From an uncultured Candidatus Saccharibacteria bacterium (lineage in GTDB: Bacteria; Patescibacteriota; Minisyncoccia; Phycocordibacterales; PALSA-1337), in the NCBI GenBank assembly GCA_964558375.1, contig CAZLCD010000001.1, positions 17,091 through 81,090 of the forward strand: DNA of 64,000 nt, in the 5' to 3' direction. The notes beneath the pieces are model-generated. The model did no database searches and was not told where the DNA came from. It saw only the letters and a list, made by a program, of their open reading frames with translations. Every line of letters begins with the position of its first letter. Positions within the stretch are counted from its first letter, which is position 1. Below, one piece after another: positions 27,990 to 37,451 of the stretch. A program made the position numbers and the translations under genes.

Positions 27990-28097
27990 CCCAGTATTAT
28001 AACAGGTTTTACTTATTTTCCCCCTTCCATCTCAAGAAAAATTCTTTTATAAATAACAATCCCCAGACCGTATTGTCTGGGGAGCTTCGCGTATTTT

Positions 28098-28403
28098 CTA
28101 CGAATTCGTAAGTTTTGCAGTTGGTGGAAGGTTCTTCTGTAACACTTTTCGGATGACTTCTTCCACTTTTTCTGGGTAGTAAGTGGCCGAACCTCCCTGC
28201 CTAACACTGAGAATCACGTTGCCGTATCCAGAGATGACTTTGGCATCTTGGATACACAGAGTGACTTCCGTAAGCACGATTTTTCTTTCATGGAGAAATC
28301 CTGAGATTTCTCGTAAAAGTTTTTTGTGAACTCTTTCCCAAGACTTCAATCTTTTCAGGTTAGGTCCTAGGAGTGAAATTGAAACTGTGGTATCTGTACT
28401 CAT
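28098..28403 (-). CDS. hypothetical protein
   Basis: 101-aa ORF with its own upstream TTGACA promoter-like sequence. Confidence 0.55.
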   Translation of the reverse strand: MSTDTTVSISLLGPNLKRLKSWERVHKKLLREISGFLHERKIVLTEVTLCIQDAKVISGYGNVILSVRQGGSATYYPEKVEEVIRKVLQKNLPPTAKLTNS

Positions 28404-28548
28404 AGCAAAAACGGTGATTTGTTTTGGTTGAGAAGTTTATTTGTACTTTCAACATTAACCTACCTTTAAACTCAAGAGCTGTCAAATAAACAAAGAGCCC
28501 GCCGATTTTGCGGCAGGCATGGGTCGATGTTCACCTAATGCATTTAAG

Positions 28549-28923
28549 TCAAAGTTTGGAAACATTTTCTGGAGGCAGATCTAAAGCTATAAGAATGTCA
28601 TTGCGCAGCACTTTGTTGTAATTAGTCCCGCACTTAATATTCGCATACGCAATCTCCAGAATGTCCCACCAAGGAAGACCCTGTTGCTGCAACCCTTCAC
28701 ACCAAAAAGATCCTCGATGAATCAGCCGCCCCGTCAATTCACACAAGACAGCTGTTAGTGGTGAGAAGATCATTTCACTTCCCTTTCTTTTCAAATGAAT
28801 GCAACCATTTAAATGAATGCGACCATCCAATGGTCCTTTGGGTTCAACCCACGACTCCCAATTCTCTTTATCTCTGCCAATCCGCAATAAAACTTCTAGA
28901 AACTTCGATGTGTCTAAGTTCAT
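28549..28923 (-). CDS. hypothetical protein
   Basis: 124-aa ORF with a GAAAGG SD-like sequence upstream. Confidence 0.6.
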   Translation of the reverse strand: MNLDTSKFLEVLLRIGRDKENWESWVEPKGPLDGRIHLNGCIHLKRKGSEMIFSPLTAVLCELTGRLIHRGSFWCEGLQQQGLPWWDILEIAYANIKCGTNYNKVLRNDILIALDLPPENVSKL

Positions 28924-29025
28924 AATTTCCTTTCCCTTCGATCATTATAGTTGTCTAAAATTAAATAGTAGCACAGAAGGAGGGAGAGTCAAAGGAAAAG
29001 TTTGCCTTGTATTTTTTATTTATCT

Positions 29026-29346
29026 TTATTCCACCTTAACCGCCGTTCCAGAAATAGTGATCATAAGCATAGAACCTTTTGCACCCACAGTCTCATAGTC
29101 AAAATCAATTCCAACTATAGCATTCCCTCCTAGCTTTTGAGCCTCCTCTTCTAGCTCTCGTATTGCCAAGATTTTTCCTTCATCCAATTTCTTTTCATAA
29201 GTTGCAGAACGACCACCAACAATATCTCTTACACTAGCGAAAATATCACTAAAGATATTGGCACCGATGATCACATCTGCGGTTATGATACCGAGATACT
29301 CTGTAATTCTTTTACCTTCTATATTTGGTGTGGTTGTTTTAATCAT
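29026..29346 (-). CDS. YbjQ/UPF0145 heavy-metal-binding family protein
   Basis: [23 protein letters not shown] and SGTAVKV motifs. Confidence 0.93.
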   Translation of the reverse strand: MIKTTTPNIEGKRITEYLGIITADVIIGANIFSDIFASVRDIVGGRSATYEKKLDEGKILAIRELEEEAQKLGGNAIVGIDFDYETVGAKGSMLMITISGTAVKVE

Positions 29347-29356
29347 GGTTTTTGTG

Positions 29357-29391
29357 ATTAGCTTTTATGGGATGATTATACTATAGATTTA
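29357..29391 (-). repeat. 35-bp promoter-bearing repeat, copy 1 (copy 2 at 30619-30653)
   Basis: 33/35 identical to copy 2; contains TATAAT on the minus strand just upstream of a CDS. Confidence 0.85.
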
Positions 29392-29497
29392 GAACCTTTA
29401 TACAATTTAAATATAATATTATTTTAAATTGGTAAAAGATTTTTGAGTATGGGGAATTAAAAAAGTCGCTGGGCGAAACCATGCGACAAGATGTGGA

Positions 29498-29677
29498 TTA
29501 TTTCGAAAACTCCGTGAAAGCTCTCATGAGCGGTACACCCAGAGAAATTCCGAGTACCGCCAAAGAAGTTGCTAGGCCAAATCTGTAATCCCCTGTTGCA
29601 CTTCCAACAAGAAGACCTGAACCTATGATGGAGATAGCCCAAACGATAAGAAGAACTTGTCTGCGTGTTAGTTTCAT
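29498..29677 (-). CDS. small two-TM membrane protein
   Basis: Manual translation MKLTRRQVLLIVWAISIIGSGLLVGSATGDYRFGLATSLAVLGISLGVPLMRAFTEFSK (59 aa), with promoter-like and hairpin flanks. Confidence 0.6.
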   Translation of the reverse strand: MKLTRRQVLLIVWAISIIGSGLLVGSATGDYRFGLATSLAVLGISLGVPLMRAFTEFSK

Positions 29678-29746
29678 AAAGTTTATACTAGCAAATTAAA
29701 TTGATTAGTCAACAAACTTCCGTAGAAAAAGCACACCGGGTTTGGA

Positions 29747-30028
29747 TTAGATAGTACTAGCTTGTATAGCAGAAAAAATTATAAAGAAAATCACGTCTAC
29801 AGCTAGTGCAAAGAAGGTGAGATATTTACCACTTGATCCTTTCAATACATATATAAGCGAGATCAGTGAAAAGAGTGTAGATAATGATGCCGCCACTAAT
29901 CCAAGCATTATTAAACCAAGACCTCCAAAATCTCTACCTAATGAATTGGTTGCGTAAATAAATACAAACACCACTACTGGTAATGATAATAAAAATCCTA
30001 GAACTGAAGTTATGCTGGTATTTTTCAT
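29747..30028 (-). CDS. small membrane protein
   Basis: 93 aa with three hydrophobic segments. Confidence 0.7.
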   Translation of the reverse strand: MKNTSITSVLGFLLSLPVVVFVFIYATNSLGRDFGGLGLIMLGLVAASLSTLFSLISLIYVLKGSSGKYLTFFALAVDVIFFIIFSAIQASTI

Positions 30029-30080
30029 ATCTCTAATATTACCATGTTTTTATTTTTTATAGGGGTGCCGTCGTAGAGGA

Positions 30081-30096
30081 AGTTAGAACTATATTT
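30081..30096. repeat. 16-bp att-like repeat AGTTAGAACTATATTT (also at 31540-31555)
   Basis: Identical copies. The adjacent GGGTGCC (30063-30069) matches the tRNA-His acceptor end. Confidence 0.7.
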
Positions 30097-30103
30097 AGAT
30101 AAC

Positions 30104-30607
30104 TTAGATATAATTTTTTATCTTCTCCACAACACCTGACTCATTTAAAGAATCATTATTAAAACGTTTGCCCTGCTCTTGCATTTTCTCAATCAAATAA
30201 TCGTGAGATCGCCATTCTATAGTACTTTCTCTTTCCACATCTTCTTGACTCCTTAGTTCAGGTTTGAAACTTTTTGTTTTTACAAGAAAATATAATGTAG
30301 TCTTTTCTATCCGAGAATCTTTTCCTGGGTCGAAGTATTCATCTCTTGTAGATCCGATATAATCAATAATTTCTCCCGTGATACCGAATTCTTCCATGAG
30401 ACCCCTGTGGAGAGTCTGTTCGATAGTCTCCCCCATTTCCATAGTCTCTCTCATTAAGATATAAAAGTTTTTAAATTCTAAAAAAGACTTATGCCCTTTT
30501 ATTTCTTTAAAATAATGACAACAGATTTCATTTTTCTCATTTATCGCTACAGCACCAACCGAAAGATGGTAAGGATGTTCTTTTGTACCTTTGAAGTAGT
30601 TTTTCAT
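30104..30607 (-). CDS. NUDIX hydrolase
   Basis: ETMEMGETIEQTLHRGLMEEFG variant NUDIX box. Confidence 0.85.
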   Translation of the reverse strand: MKNYFKGTKEHPYHLSVGAVAINEKNEICCHYFKEIKGHKSFLEFKNFYILMRETMEMGETIEQTLHRGLMEEFGITGEIIDYIGSTRDEYFDPGKDSRIEKTTLYFLVKTKSFKPELRSQEDVERESTIEWRSHDYLIEKMQEQGKRFNNDSLNESGVVEKIKNYI

Positions 30608-30618
30608 GAATGATCATA

Positions 30619-30653
30619 ATTAGCTTTTATGGAATAATTATACTATAGATTTA
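30619..30653 (-). repeat. 35-bp promoter-bearing repeat, copy 2
   Basis: 33/35 identical to 29357-29391. Confidence 0.85.
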
Positions 30654-30659
30654 AGACCC

Positions 30660-31511
30660 CTATCCAAGCTTAATGAGAACCAGAACTACGATAGCCAGCA
30701 AAATAAATAGTACCTTATGACGTGTAAGTTTCTCTCCGAAAAACTTCCAAGCCACAATCGAACTCACCAATATATAGAAACTATTGATAGTGTATACCAA
30801 TGAAAATGGTCCGATTGAAAGCGCCTTCACCATAGCCACGGTTCCAACAAAAGTTAAGGTACCGATAAGAGCAGACCACATTATTAATTTTCCATCTATT
30901 TTCCTTTCAACTGATCGATTATTCTTATTTAGAAGTAGGATAAGCACAGAGGCAATCGTAGCAAAAAACAATTGCCAAAAGATGTAGTCGCCCATCACAC
31001 TGGATATCGAACCAGACTTTTGGATAAATTTGATGAAGGTTGATAGCAAAATAATACCCATTGCAATAGGTATTAAACCGTTACTCAGAGTTATATGCTT
31101 ATGTGTATGATTATAGAAACCAATGAGCAGGAATGTTCCGATAAGTGCAACTATTTGTAAAACTGAAAGAATGTCATTGAAGAAGAAAATACCGATAATC
31201 ACAACGAGAACATGTGAACCTAAACTGGTTATTGGAAAAGATGCACTTGTATCGAGTCTTTTTAATATAACCATAACAAGAAGTACATATGATGCATTTG
31301 CGATTCCCCATAAAAAGCCGAAAAGCATTGTGTGCACATCAAAAGATATATCATCCCTAAAGAATACAAAACTCAAAATTGTACCTACCATAAAACTGAG
31401 GACTGAGTAGATAAATTTATTGTAACCCTTTGCTGCAGGAACCTTGAATAAGGCTTGCATGCCACCAAAGGCAACCATAGCGATAATCGAATTGATAAAC
31501 CATGAATCCAT
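30660..31511 (-). CDS. EamA/DMT family transporter
   Basis: About 10 TMs in two repeats; FFGEKLT motif. Confidence 0.9.
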   Translation of the reverse strand: MDSWFINSIIAMVAFGGMQALFKVPAAKGYNKFIYSVLSFMVGTILSFVFFRDDISFDVHTMLFGFLWGIANASYVLLVMVILKRLDTSASFPITSLGSHVLVVIIGIFFFNDILSVLQIVALIGTFLLIGFYNHTHKHITLSNGLIPIAMGIILLSTFIKFIQKSGSISSVMGDYIFWQLFFATIASVLILLLNKNNRSVERKIDGKLIMWSALIGTLTFVGTVAMVKALSIGPFSLVYTINSFYILVSSIVAWKFFGEKLTRHKVLFILLAIVVLVLIKLG

Positions 31512-31539
31512 AGAATAAAGTATACCTCGTAATAGACAG

Positions 31540-31555
31540 AGTTAGAACTATATTT
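31540..31555. repeat. 16-bp att-like repeat, second copy
   Basis: Identical to 30081-30096. Confidence 0.7.
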
Positions 31556-31593
31556 GAGAAAAGGAATGATGCGACAATTTATGTTCCAGAGCT

Positions 31594-32070
31594 TTACAAT
31601 TGCAGATTTCTAATTTTAAATAATAAGTAAATCGCCAAGATTGTTAGGATTACTGGGATATCAAAAACAAATAAGGACATCATAAGCGAGCCGAAAGTGG
31701 ATGTGTCTAATAGAGCAGCAGAAATATTTCCACCAAATAGAATACTCCCAACCCAAAAAACAAAAACGAGGAATAGTGAGTATGGGATCCCCAAAACTGT
31801 TATTAAAATTAGGGATGAACGGATCCACTTTTTTATATTTGGTGCCTTTCTGTATATTTTTAATGTAGTTAAACCAAAAAGAAGGATGGATATTATTGCA
31901 CATAAAAGTAGTAGCCAAAATATATAGACATCATTTGATTCCACAATTGTCTTTGTCAGATATAAATCTCTTAAGCCTAACAAACACATTGTAGGTAAAT
32001 AAATAGTCAGAGCTGCAAAAAATATACCGAGTCCATACCTTGTGGAGATGTAGCGTTGTTGAATATTCAT
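31594..32070 (-). CDS. membrane protein
   Basis: Four hydrophobic segments. Start placed at MNIQQRY because the longer ORF overlaps tRNA-His. Confidence 0.7.
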   Translation of the reverse strand: MNIQQRYISTRYGLGIFFAALTIYLPTMCLLGLRDLYLTKTIVESNDVYIFWLLLLCAIISILLFGLTTLKIYRKAPNIKKWIRSSLILITVLGIPYSLFLVFVFWVGSILFGGNISAALLDTSTFGSLMMSLFVFDIPVILTILAIYLLFKIRNLQL

Positions 32071-32143
32071 TAATATAAATTGTAACATATTCGAACCCAA
32101 AATACCCCCTGTTTTTATACAGAAGTAACCTAATATAACGATG

Positions 32144-32215
32144 GGTGCCCAGAGAGAATCGGACTCTCGACTCAGGTTCCACAAACCCGGGTTTTACCAC
32201 TAAACTATGGGCACC
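32144..32215 (-). tRNA. tRNA-His(GTG)
   Basis: Cloverleaf with anticodon arm CGGGT-TTGTGGA-ACCTG, G-1 and C73; atypical T-loop TCCGATT. Confidence 0.9.
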
Positions 32216-32310
32216 ATATCACGCTTAGCTATTATATCAGCAAAACGTTGTGTCTCAACACTATCATGATGTACTAGAAAATGGCAATTGGATACCTATA
32301 AATTCATTAG

Positions 32311-32394
32311 TGCCCAGGAGAGGACTCGAACCTCCACGCCCGTGAGGGCTTATCCACCTCAAGGATAAATGTCTACCAGTTTCAACACCTGGGC
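32311..32394 (-). tRNA. tRNA-Leu(GAG)
   Basis: Anticodon arm TATCC-TTGAGGT-GGATA, long variable arm, GTTCGAGTCC. Confidence 0.93.
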
Positions 32395-32415
32395 ATTTAA
32401 AACCAAACAAAAACC

Positions 32416-32853
32416 CTAAGCCGCCACTTCTTCCTCCTTCTTCTCTTCAGCTACTACTGCATCGTGTTTTGTATCTGTATTCTGATCCTTATCAATAGAA
32501 AGCATACGGCGCATCTGGCGGCGGATTTCTTTTGCAGCCTTTTCACGCACAAAGTAAAGCTTTGCTCGGCGAACCTTAGAACGACGTAGAAGTTCAACCT
32601 TATCGATCATAGGAGTGTATAGAGGGAAGATCTTCTCAACACCCACACCATCGATCACCTTTCTTACAGTAAATGTAGCTCCGGCTTCAGTACCGTGCTT
32701 ACGAGCTAGAACCAAGCCTTCGAAAGCCTGTAGACGTGTCTTACCCTTCTCTTGAATCTTTTGCCAAACTTTCACAGTATCTCCAGGTTTAATATCCAGA
32801 GTCTTTCTCTCTTCTATCTTAACGGATGAAATAATATTAGTATTTGTTGCCAT
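32416..32853 (-). CDS. rplS: 50S ribosomal protein L19
   Basis: PGDTVKV, RLQAFEG and KVRRAKLYFVR motifs. Confidence 0.98.
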   Translation of the reverse strand: MATNTNIISSVKIEERKTLDIKPGDTVKVWQKIQEKGKTRLQAFEGLVLARKHGTEAGATFTVRKVIDGVGVEKIFPLYTPMIDKVELLRRSKVRRAKLYFVREKAAKEIRRQMRRMLSIDKDQNTDTKHDAVVAEEKKEEEVAA

Positions 32854-32880
32854 AATTTTTATTGTGTAGTGTAGACAAAT

Positions 32881-33627
32881 CTAACACAGCTCCTTGATTT
32901 TCGCAACTTCAGCGATACCTAGTTCAGTAAAAGCATTTATAAAGTCCTTAGGAATTGGAGCTTTTACTAAGATCTTTTTACCAAGAACATTTGTGAAATT
33001 TATACTATAAGCATGTAGAGCATTCCTAGTAAAACCTATTGTATTGGTCTTTTCTGGAGCATAAAGCCCGTCGCAGACAACAGGATGGTTTAAAGCCTTA
33101 AAGTGAACACGGATCTGATGAGTTCGACCGGTCTTGGGTTCAACCTCAAGGAAAGAGTACCCCCCTCTAGTAGAGATAAGGGTGTACCAAGTCTCCGCAT
33201 CACGAAGCTCCCCTCTTGCGCCACGAGTGGCTGACCATCGACGAAAGTCTTTTGGACTTCTACCTATTGGACGATTTATAATACCAAACTGATCTTTTAT
33301 TTCTCCATATACGAAAGTAAGATACTTTTTGACAAGTGTTCTCTCTTGAAACTGCTCTTTGAGACATGCATGCCCTGCTTTTGTCTTGGCTATAAGAAGT
33401 ACACCAGAAGTATCACGATCAAGCCTATGTACGATGCCCGGACGCTCTATGACACCATAGTCCTTAGTCTCTATTGGCTCTCCAACATTCTTAGTCTTTG
33501 GATAATTTTCCAAAACCCAATCCGTGATGAATGGACCTTTTGACTTTCCGTCTGGATGTATGACAATACCCGCAGGCTTGTCTATGGCCACAATGTCTTT
33601 GTCTTCGTATAAGATAGGGATTTGCAT
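32881..33627 (-). CDS. RluA family pseudouridine synthase
   Basis: KPAG, RPGIVHRLDRDTSG and TGRTHQIRVH motifs. Start placed at MQIPILYED. Confidence 0.94.
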   Translation of the reverse strand: MQIPILYEDKDIVAIDKPAGIVIHPDGKSKGPFITDWVLENYPKTKNVGEPIETKDYGVIERPGIVHRLDRDTSGVLLIAKTKAGHACLKEQFQERTLVKKYLTFVYGEIKDQFGIINRPIGRSPKDFRRWSATRGARGELRDAETWYTLISTRGGYSFLEVEPKTGRTHQIRVHFKALNHPVVCDGLYAPEKTNTIGFTRNALHAYSINFTNVLGKKILVKAPIPKDFINAFTELGIAEVAKIKELC

Positions 33628-33641
33628 AGCTTGGGTTCTAG

Positions 33642-33714
33642 TGCGCGATGCAGGACTCGAACCTGCGACCTTTCCAGTGTAAATGGATTGCTCTACCAAC
33701 TGAGCTAATCGCGC
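33642..33714 (-). tRNA. tRNA-Val(TAC)
   Basis: GCGCGATTAGCTCAGTTGGTAGAGC...TTTACAC...GGTTCGAGTCC. Confidence 0.95.
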
Positions 33715-33840
33715 ATTAAGATTTATTTATACACTAATAAATAGGAAAATTCAAGGATAATTTGTAAAAAAATTAAAATCACCTCCTACAAAATAGAAAG
33801 TGATTTTAATTAAATCTTATGTTCCTAACCTCCCTACAAT

Positions 33841-34092
33841 CTACACTGCTGAACTTGTTTCACAGCAATCCTTACAAGTTTTCTTATGTGTAACGATAAG
33901 ATAAATAGCTGATAGACCTACTAGTATATAGACTACTTTTGCGATAACTGCAGGCAAGTATTCTACTATACCCATACCTGAAGCACCCAAACCTAGACCA
34001 ACCAATAACCAATTCAAGCCTCCTACGATAACCAAAATAAATGCAATTGTGTGTAATACTTTCATAATATTTGATAAATTATTAATAATCAA
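33841..34092 (-). CDS. DUF378 family membrane protein
   Basis: LVIVGGLNWLLVGL...YILVGLSA. Likely start is MKVLHT. Confidence 0.9.
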   Translation of the reverse strand: MIINNLSNIMKVLHTIAFILVIVGGLNWLLVGLGLGASGMGIVEYLPAVIAKVVYILVGLSAIYLIVTHKKTCKDCCETSSAV

Positions 34093-34169
34093 TTACTGCG
34101 ATAATTATACCATTTTACACATAGCAAAGCATAGAGGTTATACACAACTATTCAACAGTTAATCCATAA

Positions 34170-34346
34170 ATGTGCCTTCGGTAGGAATCGAGTCACAGGT
34201 CTCGGACTGACGTCCTCGCCCGCGACCCCGCCTCGCTCGATGCAATTCGCTACGCTCATATAGCATCTTCGCTCCGGCCGTTCGATTCCTACAATAAGTC
34301 ATCTGTGGTACATAAAATACCGAGATAAACTCGGCATTTTATGACC
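34170..34346. mobile_element. tRNA-Arg-linked mini-element with a 22-bp duplication of the tRNA 3' end
   Basis: 34170-34191 is identical to 34347-34368. Internal inverted repeat GTAGGAATCGA/TCGATTCCTAC at 34181-34191/34282-34292. Confidence 0.7.
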
Positions 34347-34349
34347 ATG

Positions 34350-34421
34350 TGCCTTCGGTAGGAATCGAACCTACATCAAGACCTTAGAAGAGTCCTGTTC
34401 TATCCATTGAACTACGAAGGC
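34350..34421 (-). tRNA. tRNA-Arg(TCT)
   Basis: Anticodon arm GGACT-CTTCTAA-GGTCT; GTTCGATTCC. Confidence 0.94.
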
Positions 34422-34463
34422 TATTAGAAGAATATACCAGTAAAATGCTAAATTTACAAAATT

Positions 34464-34793
34464 TTACAAAGAAGGATCTTTTACAGTACCAAAACCTTTT
34501 TTAATTTGAGCTTGTATCTCTGCCTTAAGATCAAACAATTTTATTATCGATTGCAGCTCTTTTTTATCGAAAATTTTAGATACGGACTTTTTCGCGGCAG
34601 TAGAACCTTGAGAGCCACTGTCTATAACTTTTTCATATAGTAAGAATCCACCATAGACTAGTCCTGCGGTGCAGATAAAGCCGATCAACAAGATAGTTAG
34701 CCAATCGACAAAGGGGTTTCTGCCTATTTCCCGGATGGAGCCGTAGACCGAAAGGTTTGGTACATTATTATATTTTTTATTAAAGGGGTTCAT
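34464..34793 (-). CDS. single-TM protein, last gene of the pilM operon
   Basis: One TM; operonic with the pilM/N/O-like genes. Confidence 0.7.
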   Translation of the reverse strand: MNPFNKKYNNVPNLSVYGSIREIGRNPFVDWLTILLIGFICTAGLVYGGFLLYEKVIDSGSQGSTAAKKSVSKIFDKKELQSIIKLFDLKAEIQAQIKKGFGTVKDPSL

Positions 34794-34796
34794 AAA

Positions 34797-35297
34797 TTAT
34801 TTTGTAGTTAGGACAGATAGGTCAAAGGTCATCTCCCATTTTTTATCTCTATTAAATAGACTAACATTTTCAAGAGAGATACTATAAGGCAAATTCTCGA
34901 TCAATGTTAGTGCTAGCATCACATTGATCCATCCTCCTTTTATATCTATATGCGTTCTGACCTTGAGGGCATCTTTTACAATAGAGGAAATTCTTATTTC
35001 GGTTTTAGAGCTGGGACCGATGGATTCTATGGTCTTTATAAAATTTAAAACTTTACTTTCTGAAACAAATAAATTTGGGAGCTTTGCTCGGTCGATAGCG
35101 GTGTCTTTATAGACTTGCATAAGTTCATTTTCATATTGTTGCTTACCCCTCTCAGTCTCGACCTCTTTACTTACCTTTAAATAATTTTCTTTTTGCTTCA
35201 AAACCGTGTCGTAGACATACCAATATCCAAAACCTGAAACCAAGAAAGTGGCAGTTGCAAAGAAAATCAATATATAGTGTTTGGAATTTGTTTTCAT
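34797..35297 (-). CDS. PilO-like type IV pilus assembly protein
   Basis: TM, coiled coil, GGWINVMLALTLIENLPY; position after pilM and pilN. Confidence 0.7.
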   Translation of the reverse strand: MKTNSKHYILIFFATATFLVSGFGYWYVYDTVLKQKENYLKVSKEVETERGKQQYENELMQVYKDTAIDRAKLPNLFVSESKVLNFIKTIESIGPSSKTEIRISSIVKDALKVRTHIDIKGGWINVMLALTLIENLPYSISLENVSLFNRDKKWEMTFDLSVLTTK

Positions 35298-35300
35298 ATT

Positions 35301-35849
35301 TTATTTGAAAGTGATGAGCATAGCGAAGTCTATATCCTTGACCTTGGTAAAATCCGATATTGGCAGCTCTACACTAAATACCGAAGGGTTATTTTGAAAA
35401 ATTTCTTTGAAGTTAAAGAGGTCTTCTCTGGTCAAGGCTCTACCCTGTACTACGACCTTGGCTGTAGACGAAGCATTGGTAGAAGCCGAGACACTGAAGG
35501 CACTGAGAGTGATGGACTTAGTTTTAAGCTCGGCAGTTTTTTTGATAAAGTCAGAGTAGAAAATATTTCTTTGATTGGATTTAATTTTTTTCAATAATTC
35601 TGCATCGCTCGTCAGTTCTTTGGTAATCTGAGTAATACTCAAATTACTTTCCCCTTCTGTATCTTTTTTAATTTTCTCCAAAGAACTTTGCTCTTGTGAG
35701 TAGATAATCATATACGAAGGTATCAGAGAAGCGATACCAAGAATTAGCGCACAAGAAAGAAAAAACATAAGCATCACGAAGACGCGAGTGCGGTATTCCC
35801 GTCTCAAAGCATGCATTTCTTTTTCTGGTAAAAGTGTATAGTGAATCAT
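35301..35849 (-). CDS. PilN-like type IV pilus assembly protein
   Basis: N-terminal TLLP motif, TM, VQGRALTREDL. Confidence 0.75.
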   Translation of the reverse strand: MIHYTLLPEKEMHALRREYRTRVFVMLMFFLSCALILGIASLIPSYMIIYSQEQSSLEKIKKDTEGESNLSITQITKELTSDAELLKKIKSNQRNIFYSDFIKKTAELKTKSITLSAFSVSASTNASSTAKVVVQGRALTREDLFNFKEIFQNNPSVFSVELPISDFTKVKDIDFAMLITFK

Positions 35850-35855
35850 AAAAAT

Positions 35856-36794
35856 TTATGGCAAAGCTAGACCTGCGGCCACGGCGTATTCGAGCGAATC
35901 GTCATGTTTTAATTTTGGAATATGATGCGCGTTTGAAAAAGCATTTCTCCAGATTTGGGCCAGCTCTACTGGAATCTTTGGATCTGGAGAGAGGTTCGAA
36001 AATCCACCAACTCGAACCGCATCACATCCAGCAAGAATAATGCGATTGATAGGTGCGCCATCACCATAGTCGAGCCAATACGTATAGACTTTATTTAATT
36101 CTCTTTGAAGAATCGAAATATCTGCACCTTTCTCTATAGCTAGGGTTGAAGTGAAGCACACTACCCCGCCACAGACAATATATATACCCACTTTTCTGTT
36201 CATGCTATTTACAATTATCTGAGTCTCAATTGAATCCCTAGGAACCACCGCATGTGCTATGGCCTTGGCTTGTATTTCAAAAGAAATCACTTGAACTCCA
36301 GCCGCAGAAATGACCTTGAGATAAGAATCGACCAACTCTTTGGGAGCCACCGAAACACTTGCTTGAATTTTACCATTTTTATTTATATCAGGAATTCTGT
36401 CATAGAAAAATATCGCGTCCTTGGCTGCTAGAGGAACATTTTCCTCGAGCTTGAAGTCAATTTTTTGACGTATCTCATCTTCGCGAGCATTGGCAATTTC
36501 TGTTTTAAAAAGATACATGCGTTCTTCTGGTAGCGAAGCCTTAACCGTATGTATTCTCAAACTCTTGGTCAAAGAATGAATAGCCGCCCCAAGTTCCGCT
36601 TCGTTTTTTATATGACCACCCTCTACTACCCCAGCCTTTAGGGGAATGGAGCCGTAGCGATGCAGCTTATAGCTACTTATGCCTTTGGAAAAATCTATAC
36701 AGTGGACAGCGTCGTCAGAAATATCCAAGCCTGCATAGTGAATATTCAGAAACTTTGGCGGTGGAAATAATTTGAAAAATGTCTTGGTAAACAT
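35856..36794 (-). CDS. pilM: type IV pilus assembly protein PilM
   Basis: Actin-like GLDISD, LAGCDA and YAVAAGLAL motifs. Confidence 0.85.
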   Translation of the reverse strand: MFTKTFFKLFPPPKFLNIHYAGLDISDDAVHCIDFSKGISSYKLHRYGSIPLKAGVVEGGHIKNEAELGAAIHSLTKSLRIHTVKASLPEERMYLFKTEIANAREDEIRQKIDFKLEENVPLAAKDAIFFYDRIPDINKNGKIQASVSVAPKELVDSYLKVISAAGVQVISFEIQAKAIAHAVVPRDSIETQIIVNSMNRKVGIYIVCGGVVCFTSTLAIEKGADISILQRELNKVYTYWLDYGDGAPINRIILAGCDAVRVGGFSNLSPDPKIPVELAQIWRNAFSNAHHIPKLKHDDSLEYAVAAGLALP

Positions 36795-36822
36795 GTGAGC
36801 TTGCCCACTATTATAACATACC

Positions 36823-37425
36823 CTATTTCCTAGTTTTCAAAAATTCAATGATTGGCGGAATAAAGGAGATTACGATTATTATTAAAACAATCGGCGTTAA
36901 GTATTTTTCGGCATCAGGAATGATATTGCCCAAAATATAACCGAGCCCAAGCATTCCCCAAGTCCAGATGAAGCCACCGACAATATTGTATTTGATAAAT
37001 GTTTTGTATTCCATGCCGGCAATACCAGCCACTATCGGCGCGAAGGTTCTAACAATGGGGATGAACCTGGCTAGGATTATGGTTTTCACGCCGTGCTTTT
37101 CATAAAATCTCTGTGCATGTTCAATATGCTTTTTGTGAAAAAAAATCGAATCCTCCTTTTTAAAAATCATCGGTCCGGTTTTGCGGCCAAAAGAATAGCC
37201 GACACTATCGCCAATCACAGCTGCCAAGAAACATAGTATGAGCAACCAGAAAATCGATATCAAATCTTGCGAAGCCAAGAATCCAGCGGTGAACAGAAGC
37301 GAATCTCCCGGCAAGAAAAAGCCGAAGAATAACCCGGACTCGGCAAAGACAATAAAGACAACACCGAGCAAGCCCAAGGTTTTTATAATAATTAGCGGAT
37401 CAAGCAAATTGTGTAGCCATTCCAT
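36823..37425 (-). CDS. DedA family protein
   Basis: FAESGLFFGFFLPGDSLLF and ARFIPIVRTFAP motifs. Confidence 0.95.
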   Translation of the reverse strand: MEWLHNLLDPLIIIKTLGLLGVVFIVFAESGLFFGFFLPGDSLLFTAGFLASQDLISIFWLLILCFLAAVIGDSVGYSFGRKTGPMIFKKEDSIFFHKKHIEHAQRFYEKHGVKTIILARFIPIVRTFAPIVAGIAGMEYKTFIKYNIVGGFIWTWGMLGLGYILGNIIPDAEKYLTPIVLIIIVISFIPPIIEFLKTRK

Positions 37426-37451
37426 AATTGTTTTTCTATTTTACTTATTTT

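Noticed and set aside
29457-29642. 61-aa ORF from the ORF track
   Set aside because: An overlapping frame (29498-29677) with an ATG start and two TM helices is more plausible.
33628-33699. N-terminal extension of the RluA ORF (similarly 32071-32184 and the ORF 31931-32200)
   Set aside because: These overlap tRNA-Val or tRNA-His and are read-through artefacts.
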